A stretch of 64,000 bases of DNA, taken from the NCBI GenBank assembly GCA_020137815.1, contig CM035356.1, positions 7,192,001 to 7,256,000 on the forward strand, in the 5' to 3' direction. A program made the translations under genes and the position numbers. The notes below the pieces were generated by a model. It was not told where the DNA came from and did not search any database. It was given only the letters and a program-made list of their open reading frames with translations. Positions 1-13,641 of the stretch are shown one piece after another; the stretch's first letter is position 1; each line of letters begins with the position of its first letter. Source of the stretch: Hormiphora californensis (Eukaryota; Animalia; Ctenophora).

Positions 1-1858
1 TGTAAGATGGTAGGTAATATAAGACGGAACACAAATGCAATGAAATCTGAAGAGAGAACGACAGATGCGGACAGAGAATTATAGAAATAAAATGAATCAT
101 GTTGAGGGATCGATTACACGAACAGAAAGAAGATAGGGAGAGAGAGAACTAGATCATCTGAACCAGACATAAAGAGAGACAAGAAAGATAGAAAGATAGA
201 AAGATAGATGATGAAGAAAGAGTGGATGAGATCAGAAGAAAAAATGCAGAAAGAAAACACGATCGAGCATAATAAATTATCTATCTGCTGCATCTCTTGT
301 TGCCATCTCAATCTCCCTCTTGAAATCGTAAAACGCGTGCTAATAGTTCAGTTTAATACAAACAAAGCAGCGGAGTATTAGTCTCGTTGTTGCTTGAACA
401 TTATATTATCATTAAACCGTTGAAGCAATGAACTGCAGATGAACACTGATAATATGTATTATGTCAAAAACCCAAACAAATTTGGCGTTTCACTATACAT
501 TTCAGGTAATGAATAAAGAGAGGAAATGAAGGGCATGTCCAAAGAAGGGCTAAATTTTATATGTCCGAACTGAGCTGGGGTCGACAAGTGACGGAAAGTG
601 ACAGAAATTAGAAAGTGACAGAAGAAGAAGAGACAGCAAGTAATAATTGGAGGAAGAGGACTACAAACTGGGGGTTGACAGAAAATATAAATCAAGAGGA
701 TTCTGTGGGTAGAAGAAGAAGAAGAAAGTAGTTGCCAAGAAGCACCATCTGACCAATTTGCACATTTTCGTTTTTTTACCTCATTTTCAAATTCCTCTTT
801 TTTTTGCTTCTCTATTTCAGATTAAAGTGGTTCTCTCTTATTTTGGTTTCTGTTTTTTTCTTTTTAGAATTGTTTGTTCTCCCTTTTTTCTGCTTTCTGT
901 AGTCGTCTTCTTCTCCCGCTCCTTTATTGTGCTTACATTCCTTGTTCCCCTTCTCTTCCTATCCATGCTTCGCTTGCCATTTTTTCTTCATTCTTCTCAC
1001 TTCATACTTCTCTCTCTCTCTCTCTTCTCTCTTTTTTTCTTTCGTTCTCTCTTCTTTCCAACAAGGTTTTGGCAGCGTCGTTAATTGCGAGAACAATTTG
1101 TGCCGCTTGTGGTTAGCTGATTTCTCTCTCTATCTCTCTCTATATCTCTCTCTCTCTCTCTCTCTTTCTCCCTCTCTCTCCTCTCTATCTCTCTCTCTTC
1201 CCATCTCTCTCTCTCTTCCCATCTCTCTCTCTTCCCATCTCTCTCTAAAATACCTTATGTCGTAACGAGTACTGGGGTCCCAAGGCGTGATGTCACAACA
1301 CATGGCACCATTATACGGGGGAGAGAGCTTTAACCTAAATGACTGCAGCTGAAGACGGTGGAATCTGGAATATGAAAACGGAAATGAACTGGTACTATGA
1401 CACTAGATGCTACTAGCTGGTTTACTTCGAAAATTGACAGAATTTTTGTTCTCCTAGTGAGTGAAAAGGAGAAAATGAGAGAGAGATAGGGAGAGAGTGC
1501 AAAAAGAGAAATGAGAAAGAGGGAAGTATATTTATGTACGGAATGATTTCGTTTGACATGCCGGAATATATTAAATTTGCTTTACCGAGAAAGTGAATGT
1601 AAAGTGCGATCTGGTGACAAAAACATGCAGCATAGTATTAATATAGAGACTGAGGAAAACAGCCGTTTCTCAAAGAATTATTGAAGAGAGTGGAGACTAC
1701 TCGTTTTGGTCGTTATATATTTTGTTGGTGATGCTTTGTCAGCTAGTGAAGGGGTGACTGCATCACCAATTGTATTTGACGTGTTCCATCAAGTTGTCTA
1801 TTTCATGTGACTGGAAGTAAGAAGAGCATTATGAACATTACATGACAACAGTACTTAC

Positions 1859-3525
1859 GGCCAACTTGTGCATGTAGTTTGTTTAGTTCCTCCTGCAGCT
1901 TCCGAATGTTCGTGTCTGCCTTAGCCAGGATCTGTTCAACACAGCCCCTTGTTTTGGCATCCGTAGCAGCCCTCCTCAGGTTTTCAGCACCTGTAGAATA
2001 GTACGATTATTGCTGCTCGTGCTGATTTAGACGGGTTTTATATTTACGCAGTGTTTGAGCACTGTTTACGCAGCAAATATACAGCGAATACATATTTTCT
2101 GAGACAGAGAAACCGAAACATTGACAGGAAAATAATGGCACATTTCTTTATGTTGTGAAAATCAACCAAAATAATATGACAGCTTATACTTGGTTCGTGT
2201 GAGGTGTGAACGGCAAATGTTGCACGTCTTTGAGGTGACAATTACTCTCTTTCACTCTCGCTATCTCTTTCTCACTCTCTCTCTCTCTCTCTATCCCTCT
2301 CTCTCTCTCACACTGCAATATCTGATCACGCACAGAGAATAACCGTTTCTCATTGTTTCTAAACGATGGGTGACCCCAGAATCAAATTGAGAGACCCAGA
2401 AAAGTTAAGCTTTGATCAGTATGACTCCCTCCGTCATGATATGGTGGGTTTGACTGCAGATATTTTGTTTCTCGCGGGAATTAAGAAGCAGGAGATAATA
2501 GGTCCCGAGTACGATGATGTGGAGGAGGTTGGATTGTGGGATGATCTTCCTGTACCGACCAAATCCAAGATCAACAGTATCAGCAAAGCCGAGTTAGTGG
2601 AATGGGTAACCAAAACCTCCAAGCTGCTTATTGAGAGGGCATACCCTGCCATGAAGAAAACTTTCAGAGTAGCGAGAAAATGCAGAGAGATGGAAACTAA
2701 GTGTTTTGAACGTCAAGAAGAAGTTATCTCAGCCCAGAGAGCCTTAGTTGGAGCACAGGCTGAGCTGGTAAAACTACAGGCCCAACTCCTGGAGAAAAGA
2801 GAAGATGTAATTGCTGAAGTGAAGACCACTGCGAAGGAGGAAATACTCTCATTTTTCATCCGTATTGAAGAAGGAGTGCGACACCGCTCTTGCACCGCAC
2901 AGGATACAGCGGGCAGTTGCAAAAGCTGCTGTTGCTGAGGACCGTACCTGCAACATCGTGGTGTATGGTCTGAAGGACAGTCCTGGAGCAGGAGAGGAAC
3001 AGCTTCCAGAGTTCTGGTCGGAACTATCTGAGAAGCCCATGGTGAAGTGTGCCCAGCGGCTAGGCAGGTATTCGGAGGACAAGTCTAGGCCTCTGAAGAT
3101 CACCTTTGCGTCAAGAGAAACCCAGCTCACAATCCTAAGAAAGAAGACGAAACTGAGGGATAGTGAGGTGTTTGGGAGGGTATACATCTCGCCTGATCTT
3201 ACACCAGAAGAAAGAGAAGCACGAGGAATTCTAGTGAAAGAGATGAAGGAGAGGAAGGCCCAGAATCCCGGAAAGTCCTATGTTATCAAAGGCCGAGAGG
3301 TCGTGGAGGTCTCATCTGAGAGACAATAGCACTGGTGAACTGGTGCTATTCATTAAACCTCATATAAGTTCCTTCTTTAATTTCTTGCATTTAAGTTTCT
3401 TCTTTCCTCGTTCCTGGAAACCAATTTCCGGAAACGATACTCAAGGGCCCGCTACTAAAGTGACGTCCTGGCTACAAGATGGCCGAACGGATCCTTCCTT
3501 GGATCCGACTCCAAGGTACTCCAAG

Positions 3526-3578
<53 letters not shown>

Positions 3579-4788
3579 TTCTTTTTCCCTTCCTCACTCT
3601 CTCACTCTCTCTCCCCCTCACTCTCTCTCTCCCCCTCTCTCTTTCTCACCAACTCACTGTGGACATGTGACACAGTAAATTATGCATACAGGGGTTAGTT
3701 ACAGGTGAAGCTATGAATTACTACAGTCGGACCCCGATTTACCGGGCCCCGATTTACCGGAACCCCGATTTACCGGGAGGATTTCTTTCCCCCGATTTTT
3801 TTTGAAAAATTTTCGAAGTTTTACCGGTTGGTAAACTTGCATTTGCAATTCGCTAGGTCTAATGGGGATCACGTATCGGTTCGTTTCAAACCTTCTAATT
3901 AGCGGCAGGACACGTGATAAGATGTAACGATTCGAAACACGATTCGAACGTGTCTGGTATACCTTAGAAACGTGTCTGGTATACCTTAGAAAAATTTCAT
4001 AACTTTTTTGCAAAATTTTACAGAATGATTGTCAATGCTTTGATCGATGCTCCCCGTAAATTTTCAGAGAAAAAGTTATTTTGAAACTTTGATACTTCCT
4101 CACCCCGCTTAGGGTGCCCAGATTCGACATGGTATCACGTATCGTTTCGTTTCGAACCGTCTAATTAGCGGCAGGACATGCGATAAGATGCACCGATTCG
4201 AAACACGATTCGGACTCGGTCGCGGTGGTTTACCTTAGAAAAAGTTTTTACAATTTTTTTTTGAAATTTTCTATTTCTAATGACAGAAGCAATGATCATA
4301 TTGTCATCAATAAATGTATACTATACAGTTAGAGGTGTCTTGGTATAGAATTTTGGACAAAAGTAGGATTTATGGGTAGGATTTATGGGTCATATATGCT
4401 CTACCCCGATATACCGGGCACCCCGATTTACCGGGCAAAATGGCTTCCCCCGAGGATCCCGGTAAATCGGGGTCCGACTGTACTAACTGTGCACAAATTA
4501 GCACTACGACTGAGGCGGAACAGTTTCAATTTCCCGACAACAATTATATTATTCAAGTTTCGGAAATAGTAAAAACAGCTCTCTGAATAGGGGGGGGGGG
4601 GGTGGGGGTGAAGTCGTCGATTCTGAAAAGCTGGTTGGAAAACTTCAACCTCCCCCGTCTCATACCTTCTTTATTTTTTAGTTCCCTCCGTATTTCATAC
4701 CTTCTTTTATTTTGAGTTCCCTCCGTATTTCATGCTTCAAATCTTCCTTTTGAAGGTGAAGGACACACAAATCCTTGGCTGGCTCCAT
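1859..4788 (-). CDS. PKN: Protein kinase N-like (HR1/REM domain) gene, first two coding exons; remainder not identified, probably outside the window
   Basis: Exon 4788-4701 (ATG; MEPAKDLCVLHLQKEDLKHEIRRELKIKE-G|gtatga) joins in phase 1 to exon 1990-1859 (ttctacag|GAENLRRAATDAKTRGCVEQILAKADTNIRKLQEELNKLHAQVG|gtaagt). EIRRELKIKEGAENLRR closely matches the PKN HR1a motif. No kinase domain is visible in the window. Confidence 0.75.
2366..3329 (+). mobile_element. Non-LTR retrotransposon ORF1-like protein (coiled coil + RRM/CTD, CR1/L2-type), one frameshift, no ORF2; inside PKN intron 1
   Basis: ORFs 2366-2938 and 2865-3329 join if one T is removed from the T5 run at 2852-2856 (about 320 aa). Motifs NIVVYGL, RLGR, RPLKITF and VYISPDLTPEERE are typical of LINE ORF1p. 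Followed by a hairpin (3488-3507) and a (CCAAGGTACT)2 tail. Confidence 0.75.
3724..4480. mobile_element. MITE, Tc1/mariner (pogo-like) type
   Basis: TIRs CAGTCGGACCCCGATTTACCGGG / CCCGGTAAATCGGGGTCCGACTG flanked by TA on both sides; subterminal CCCCGATTTACCGG repeats. Confidence 0.85.
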
Positions 4789-5866
4789 TTGTGATCTCGC
4801 TCACTCCATTCTACACTACCATTCTATGAAACGAATAACTGCATTATGTTTCTACTATCATTCTAAGAAAATAGTTCACTGAATGTGAGATCTACAAGAC
4901 TTCATCTCATATTTCCCCACACACACGAATAATATGAAGAAGACGATGGCGGATTGAAATAACTTCAATAAGTCACTAGGTTTGAAGAGAGGGTACCATT
5001 TGAGTAATTATATATGTAGGCCCCACAGAACAAAGTAAATGTACCCTTGTACTACAGCTGTACTATGAGAGCAACATTAAACACATACAATATATATGTG
5101 TAGCGACTATAGTAATGTGCAGCGTTTTTCTAGTGCAAAACGTTAATCTGTGTTTGTAACACGGGGACTACTTGCTATTGGAGGGTAGCCAATGGTAGCG
5201 TTTCCGCCCCAACACGATTGGCCCTAGTTGGAGGGTGAGAGAGAGCGAGAGAGACGAATAGAGAAAAGTGAGAGAGAGAGGGGGTAGAGAGAGAGGAGAG
5301 AGGGAGAGATAGAAATAGAGAGAGATGATGAGAGAGAAAGAGAGTCTAAAAAGCAGAAGCTAGACGATGAGAGAGTTAATAGATTATATAGGAGAGCGGA
5401 GAGAGAGCGAGGATATGAGAAGGACGATAGTTAGAGAGATAAAACGGAGAAAGGCAAGAGGTAACAGGTAACTGTTTGCTGTCATCCCCCGGCTGGTACA
5501 GAGGGAGAAGCATTAACAAGCTACGCAGTATCAGAATAAACACACACACACCGTATAGCAGCAATCAACATTGTGCTGTCAAAAAGTTCTATTCAGCCGC
5601 GAGACATTAGAGTCATATTCGACTTTCGAGAACTGTCCGAAAATGTTCCATAATCCATATACGTTTAGAATTTTGGTTAACCCTGTAATGTACGTCGTAC
5701 GAGACAATGTTCATAGAAAAGCTAAATATGGAGTAAAATGGTTACCCGTATTCCAGACATTTCTGTCAGATCATTTATTGTGATTTTTCAAAGATCTACT
5801 GCAAAAGAAACAGTCTGCTGATCGGTGTCACAAGAGTTACGAAACTGCAACCGTGTATAACATGAC

Positions 5867-6240
5867 AAGAATAACTGCATTATGTTTCATAATGCTATGT
5901 TTCCCCGCCAACCTTTATTTTCATAACCATCTAATGGGAAGGCGGGACAGGCATTTCCGATCATCTATGAATCAGTCAAACCGTATAGAACAAATCATTG
6001 TGTTTTAGTAGCACTAAATTGCGCGCCACATTGCGCGGCTCACATTTCCTGAAAACGTGCCATTGAAGTATTTGATGAAGGAGCAACATCGTTGTCCCTC
6101 GCAACTGAGCGGGTTACGTTACAAAAAAGCGTGACAATTCACTAGTATGTAAAATAAAATTGTCGAATTCTAAACCCCTATGCCTTTTTACAAAAGGCAT
6201 CCGGGTGAATGCCTTCGGCATTCACCGGGCGGGGAAAAAA
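5867..6240 (+). repeat. Dispersed ~370-bp repeat with terminal hairpin (copy 1), possibly a Helentron-like non-autonomous element
   Basis: Near-identical inverted copy at 43876-44249; stem-loop GGTGAATGCC-TTC-GGCATTCACC next to an A-run. Confidence 0.65.
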
Positions 6241-7315
6241 TTATTAGGGTTTACATTTTATTTTCCTAGACCATCATTTTTATTGCCTTGTTCGACCCTC
6301 CTTCCCCACGCCCCGTTTGAACAAGACAAAATTTTTATACGGGGGTCTAAATAAAAAATCGCCCCATGAGAATTGTAGATTCTACATTTTCGGCGAAAAG
6401 ATGGAGAAAAAAAGAAGAAAAAACGGTGTAATGGCTCTATTAGAACTGAACTATTACACCGTTTTTCTTCTTTTCTCCCCGTCTTTTCCACGTTACATGG
6501 GTGACGGGCGTCCCTGTTTGAGTAATATTCGATAAGCAACCTCGGAAATGTTCAGGTAGCACACACTGCACAGCTCTGAACAGCTTTTGCCTTTCATGAC
6601 ACACGGCCCACGGGTCCGGGGTCACGTGTTTGCACTGTGGTCTGTGAACTGTGAAGTGTGATTGATCTAAACTAGTAACTCTCTCGTTCTGCTCAACTCG
6701 TTGACGTGTCTCTAAAGTCTACATCTTCTATTCTGATAGCAGTGGCGAATTTCTGCTATGTCCAATGTATCGAGTACACTGTACAGAGAGAAAACGATGA
6801 TGTTGGGTCGCAAAAATGAAAATTTGGGCGATTTCTGGCGAAAAATCTATCGACGAAAAAATGTTCACTGCGGGGCTTAAGAAAGTTGGCTTTTGGCAGC
6901 GTTTAATTTGATAAAATTCGCGCGTTACATTTATTTTGTTCGCGCGCGTGATATTTTCCCCAGCCCCATTACATTCAAAATACTTTTTTCCCAGATGCGA
7001 CGTGACGACAGATTTCAGTTTTTCTTTTTAAAATTTTCCACTGTTTTCTCTCTCGCCGCTTGAAAAGCGCTGCCTTATCCCGGTCTGGGGGCCAGCAGCG
7101 TTTGCCAATCTCGCCGCCTGACCCAGTTTCGATCCTCAAAACAGTTCGCTCGAATTAAATCTGGTCGGTTCTGCCTGCTAGAAGATTTTCCTTTCAGGTC
7201 GATTTTTTTTGTATGCTCCAAACACTTGGAATGCGCAAGGTTTTGGAGCACTGCAGGTGGCCAGGAAGGTTTGTTCAAGTATACCAACACGTTCAGCCAT
7301 AATATTTCCTTTAGG

Positions 7316-10300
7316 ATGTATTTATGGCCCGTCCTCGTTTTATCACTCTTTGTGGGGTGTGTATTTGGGGCAGCTGACAAGACTCTATTCGACGAGTTTG
7401 ATAGGGTGATTGTACTGAAAGAGGACAACTATGTAGCGGGACTGTATGATGGAGAGATGGCTCATGCGTTCCTCCTCTATTCTAGTTGGTGCGGTCACTG
7501 TCAGAGATTTGCACCTACCTACAAGTAAGAACGCAGTTATTACATCCATTTTTGCGAAAGCCGGGGTACCGCAGTTATTACATACCATACCCTGACATTT
7601 TATGATGCAGTTGTTACATACCTTGATTTTATAATTCTTGAGAAAGGATACCATGTACGTACTCTAACTTTCACAGCTTCCTAGTTGTCTCGCCTCTCTT
7701 TGCAAATTATGTATATCCCTTTAATCTTTGTTTCCTGATGTAAAACTCTGCAGAGGTTCTCTCTCCCCTTTTCTAGCTCCACTCCCTGTAATGGCTTTGT
7801 TCCGCCTCCTGTTGGAATGCAGTGTACTGCAACTCTTTTGAATGCAGTGTACTGCAACTCTTTGTTCTCAAATATTCCCACGTGTACAAACTTCCCACCG
7901 ACATATATGTCTTGATCCACTCTTCTCACATCTCTCATCTCATCACCCCCCCCCCCCCCCCTCCAGAGAGTTTGCAGATTCGATTCACCACTGGAGAAAT
8001 GTGATAGATGTAACAGGGGTGGATTGTGTTTACGACACTGCCGTGTGCAGGAAATATAAAGCCAGGGGCTACCCCACAGTCCGATTTATCCGTAAGTAGA
8101 TGGATGGAGTACATAAATTGATCCAGCTTGCTCCTACTGACTTCGTTATTGTTCTTTCTGTTATAACATTTCACCTCTTCTCTTTGTAAAAGTCCGGTAA
8201 CAAAAGAATTGGTGTCCATTGTATAGTTGAAAAACAATAAACTCACTGCCATTCATATTGGTACTACATGACTACTATTTCCATTCTTCAGTAAGCCGCT
8301 TCTCCCTCTCTCTTATAGCTCTTGATGAACTCGTCCCATTTCAGGACCCACTACTAACTCTAGTGTTATTGGGGAGACATACGAAGGAGGCCGGTCAAAA
8401 GAGGACCTTATTGCCTGGACTGTGCAAATGGTAATTCATGAAGTATATCTGTTTTAATTTAGAGATTCTGTTTTCCTTTCGACTTTATTCCGGTTAGTTA
8501 GGTGAAGAAACAATTTTAACTTTTCATATCCTTTTGTTAGCTTGGTGCTGTGAAGAACCCCCCTGCAAGTTGGCCTAATCTCCAGCCTCTCACCGTGGCA
8601 GAGTCAGAAGCCATCGCCTCTGGGGGTCAGACCAGTATTGTGGCTATTGTGGACAGAGAGGTGAGTTAGTAGACAGTGTGCCACTACTTTAGGTGTAACT
8701 AGACACTAGGCAGCGTTATATACAAGGTGGCCCTTAGATTATAATCGCGGGGGACGAGCCGTACCCCCGAAACGGTGATAGTTTTGCAATAGCAAACTAC
8801 GGGAACATGCTGGAACAATTCCTTATACATTCCTGTATACATTATTAATACAATAATGGTAATAAAACGATTTGAAATGTTGACGTGGTCATGATTGACT
8901 CCTATTTATTTTCTCTTTTGATTTTTTATTGTTTTTCTACTTTGAAAGAATAACAAAATTAATACCTTCTTCTTACACAAGTAAACTGTTTCATCACCTA
9001 ATCTAATTGTATATTTCTGTAACATTAGTTGTATTATTTTGTACACTGTTCTCAATTACACAATCTTTGGACGCTAATACAAGTTCAGAACCCTCTTTCA
9101 ACGATACCGTTAACAAAAATATAGTTGATGGTACTGGTGATGTTTGTATATTTGATGATGATGTATGGGGTGTTTGGAGTGTCTTCCAAGGTGATGAAGA
9201 CCGATTTCTTGCAGTTGCTGCACAGTTAGTTTTATAACCCTCTGAAAGCATTTAATCTACAGCTTCATGTGCTAAGTGGATGTACAATCTTTGCATATTC
9301 CGAAACAGTGCATATTTCTCACTGCAGTTACCAAAAAACTACTATATTATAATTCTTGCCGTTAATCCTTGCTCAAGTCACTATATCCTGATCCGAACGT
9401 AGAATTACACTTGCCGAAATTGAAAACTACCCTGGAAGTCTGGAAACTTATCCCATACCTAATTCTGACATTCTGACACATTTCTAACACTTTTTTGGGG
9501 GAAAAGATTTCTAACACTTTTTTGGGGGGAAACAAAAAATATTTATAACACTTTCTCCAGCCCAGCTAATGTTACAGATATTTTGTAACACCCCCCCCCC
9601 CCCCTTGCCAGAGCGTGGGTCAGGAGATTATGTTGGACCTACAAGATTCCAAGATTAGATACACCGTCCTAGGATCAGATTCAGCGAATGTTCTGGAAGC
9701 CAAAACTACTGGAATTGTCCTAGTGTCACCTAAAGGTACCCGATTGGAAGTTTATAGTTCCCATTTGTATTGCTCCCACCGGACCAAAATGTATTACAAA
9801 GTATTGCAATGTATCATAATAGTTTTAGGTGTACCCACTAGGAGAAGATATTTCTGATAAACCTTTTTTGTACTCCTTGTACTCCTTTTTTGTACGCCTT
9901 GTACTCCTTGTAATGTCCTGATCAGAACTCAGATAGTAATATCCCCACCAGGAAAGATATCCCACGTTGTGAACACGGAGGCGACTGCTGCTGAGTTAGA
10001 GAAACAGATCAAGCAGTTTACCACGATAAAAGAGGGAGATGAGAAGGGTGAAGGAGAGGAGAAGAAGGATGGGGATAAGGTTGGTGCAGTCGACCTTTGG
10101 TGAACGAAATCAATGAACTCCAAATTCAAATTGTACACTTCTATGTATTTCATTATCAGTGCGGCATTCAGTATTCACATTTCACAACCCCTTCCTTCCT
10201 AGGAGATTGAGTTTGTTGACACTACAAAACAGTACAGACTACACGAGCTGGACATGCAGAGTGCTATCAACACTGCTTTCTACTTCGAGGTGAGTCTGTC

Positions 10301-11468
10301 TTTGGAGAGAAAATGTATTATCTGGTGTAGGAAAAATGATCATTTCTCTTCTCTTTTTCGAGAGGCGAGCCGGGAGAGATCGTATGGTGTGCATATGTAC
10401 GCTTGATGAGTTGTAAAACACGTAAATAATATGTTCCTCCTTTTACTACCCTTTTTAGATGTGAGACTCGCTTTTAAATGGTTCGCTAGAATTGTTATGT
10501 TCTAACCCTCCTTTATCTTGCGAAAGGGGGATCGAGCTAGGCAACGCTAGAATATATTTCTTTGATTTAACATGTAATCTGTGGTAGCTGTGCATATAAA
10601 TTATGTATTCGTCTATTTCTAATTCACACAGAAAATGAAGGTAATACATAATTAGAGAAGTAAATGGAATGATACATCTGGTGCACGATAAAAGGGGGGA
10701 AGGGGTCAGCCGGGGGGTTGACGGATGGCGGGCCAGCCAGAGGGATAAAGGATAGAAAGATACCTTGTACAAAGTTGGGGTATAGATGTAGTGATGAGTA
10801 TCTCTATTATAATTTGGAGATGAACGACGTCGAAGTGGTGGTCGTTCGTTCAGTGCGTTTCTACAGTGCTCCTTCATAAAACACTTTATGTGCTCAAAGC
10901 TTTAAAGCTGTTGCTCACACTTTTGGAACTTCCAGTGGAAGTTTGTTAATATTTTCGAATGACTTTTAAAATGCAAGTCCCCATAGTTACCAATTCAGTT
11001 GTCATGGCAACCGTGTTATTGACGTTGAAAGCGTCGAAAAGAACCACCCGGCGAAGCCGGGTGGGTTATCAAAGAACCCTTACTTGAGGCGCACCCAATG
11101 GGTGCGCTAGTATCCATAGAATTGTACTATGTATTAGATATCTCGTGTCTATTGGGGCGTACTGCGTGGGTTTGTATCACACGATATTGAGACTCTAGTA
11201 AATTGAGAGAAGTTTGTGTCACTTGTCTGTCTGTCTGACGCGAGCATTGTTGTATTACGTCTGTCTGTCTGTCTGTCCGAGGTGAGGTGCATTATATTCT
11301 GTCTGTCTGCATATATATTGTAAGAACATTTACAACTGTAATGCACCGCCGTCCAGTGTCCACTAATGCAATAAAAAACAGTTTCACAGGGCAGAATTCA
11401 CTTTACAGTCTCCTCCTGCTGTTATAGTCTCCGCAGTCTACATTTCTCTCCTTCACAGCACACTAAAT

Positions 11469-11563
<95 letters not shown>

Positions 11564-13605
11564 GTAAGAAGACTAAAAAGACTGGGAAGAGGACTCACAT
11601 GAATAGTGAACATCCCCGGTACCCACAACCTCCCAGTATCTCACAATTACTCTAAAACTCTCTCCCCCAGGTCCCCTCCCCAACAGTTACTCTAAAACTC
11701 TATCTCTCTCCAGGTTTCGTCCAAGAGTAGCTTCACAAAGGAAGATTTAGAGAACCTGAAAAACTTTGTAACGGTTGTACAGAGGTGTGGCAGTTGGACC
11801 CCCAAGTATAACGCTCAATTAGCAAAGGTAGCTAGCAAAGGAGAGAATGGAGCTTCTATCCCCTGTATTGTCTGGCCCTATTCGGCCTGGGCGGTATTTC
11901 AAAACCCCACATTGATTATTATTTCATACTAGAAAGCCCATTGTTAAGTCCTACAACATCCCCCCCCCCCCCCCACCCGTCGCTATGCTCGCTATGAAGT
12001 AGAGCACCCGTTGACCCGAATCCCCACACTCTTCCTCACCCAGGAGCACCCCTCTCACTCGCTGCACCAACCCGCACGTGCAACCTCCCATACCCCTCCC
12101 AAGCCACCTCCTTGGCAACCCCCCTCTATTTGCACGTGGGATCCTTATTATAAAGTACAAATGAACGTCGTGAGGAGGATGATGACCTATCCACACGTGC
12201 AAATGGTGGGGGTTGCCAAGGAGGTGCTCTGGGAGGGGTATTGGAGGGTGATACTGCACGTGCATGTTGTTGGTTGTTTGTTGCGTGTTCCTGTGTTTTT
12301 CCTGTGGTGTTTCGGGATCTACTGCTGGGGCCCCCATGATTGCCAAAGCCTTTCTACCATCCCACCCCATTGATTCTCTACACATCTACAATTCTACGGA
12401 TCTTTATCACCTGATTCTACATGTTATTCAGCGGGATTTCCCTTGATGTTTATCACCAGCGCTCTACCATTTTACCAACCTCCGTATTCTTTACCCCGAC
12501 ATGGAGAGACAAAGAGTGAGAGGGGGGGGCATAGAGACGGGTGAGGGTGGGGGGGGCTGTTGTAGGACTTAACAATGGGCTTTCTAGTACTCCATACTCC
12601 TCCTCACGACGTTCATTTGCAAATTATAATAAGGACTAGAAAACCCGTTTATTTACAGCGCCCGTTCACTTGAATGCCCACTCCCCCTTGCCCAGCAGCA
12701 CTGCCCTTCCGCTGTACACATCTGCACGTGCAGTATAAACCAACCCGCCCCTAACAACCTCTTCAATTTGCACGTGCACAAACGGTTGCTAGCGACATCT
12801 CCAAATTATAAGGATTATTATGAAATTCTGTTGATCCAGCTCCCCTAGATAGGGACCCCCTATGCTATTATATATCTCTAAAAACAATAACCTCAAGTCT
12901 CACTATTTAATACGCAGTATAAACCTATTTTTGAGCACAGCTAAGGGGCCCGCCTTTGTATGCATATTTAGCACTATCCCTCAACAGTCATCATAGCTAA
13001 TATAATATCATCATATCTTATTAAAAACCCTCAAATCTCAATCCAGGTTAAAAAGGCGCTGAAACCTCGAGAGACTCTTTCTCTCTTTCCCTCTCATCAT
13101 TACACCCCCCCAGGTTAAAAAGGCGCTGAAACCTCGAGAGACCCTTTCTCTCTTTCCGTCTCTCTCTCATCATTACACCCCCCCCCCAGGTTAAAATGAA
13201 AAGGAAAAACCCCCGGGGAGGGGGGAGGGGGAGAAAAGGTCCCAAAAAATTGGGGGAAACCCCCCAAAAAAATTTTTATTGGGTTTTTCCTTTTCCCCCT
13301 TCGGGGAAGGGAAAAAAAAGGGGACTTTATAAAGGAAAAGGAAAGGTTTTATTTTTTTAAAAAAAAAAGAGGTTTTTTTATTTGGGGCTAAAAAAAAAGA
13401 GGGAAAGGGGGGAAGGGGGGGGAAAAAAGGGGGGGGGGGAAGGATTTTTGGGGGGAAAAGGGGGAAAAAAAAAAAAAAAAATTTTTTTTTTTTTTTTTTA
13501 AAAAAAAAGGGGGGTTTTTTTTTCCCCCCCCCCCAAAAAAAAAAATTTTTCCCCTTCCTTCCCCCCCCCCCAAAAACCCCCCCCCCCCCCCCCCCGGGGG
13601 GGGGA

Positions 13606-13641
<36 letters not shown>

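Noticed and set aside
1-1810. Further PKN exons (e.g. acceptor at 1811, donor near 1255)
   Set aside because: Phase gives an early stop and there is no HR1b, C2 or kinase similarity; left unassigned.
9003-9330. Short ORFs on both strands in a QSOX intron
   Set aside because: No recognisable motif and interrupted by stops; possibly a decayed insertion.
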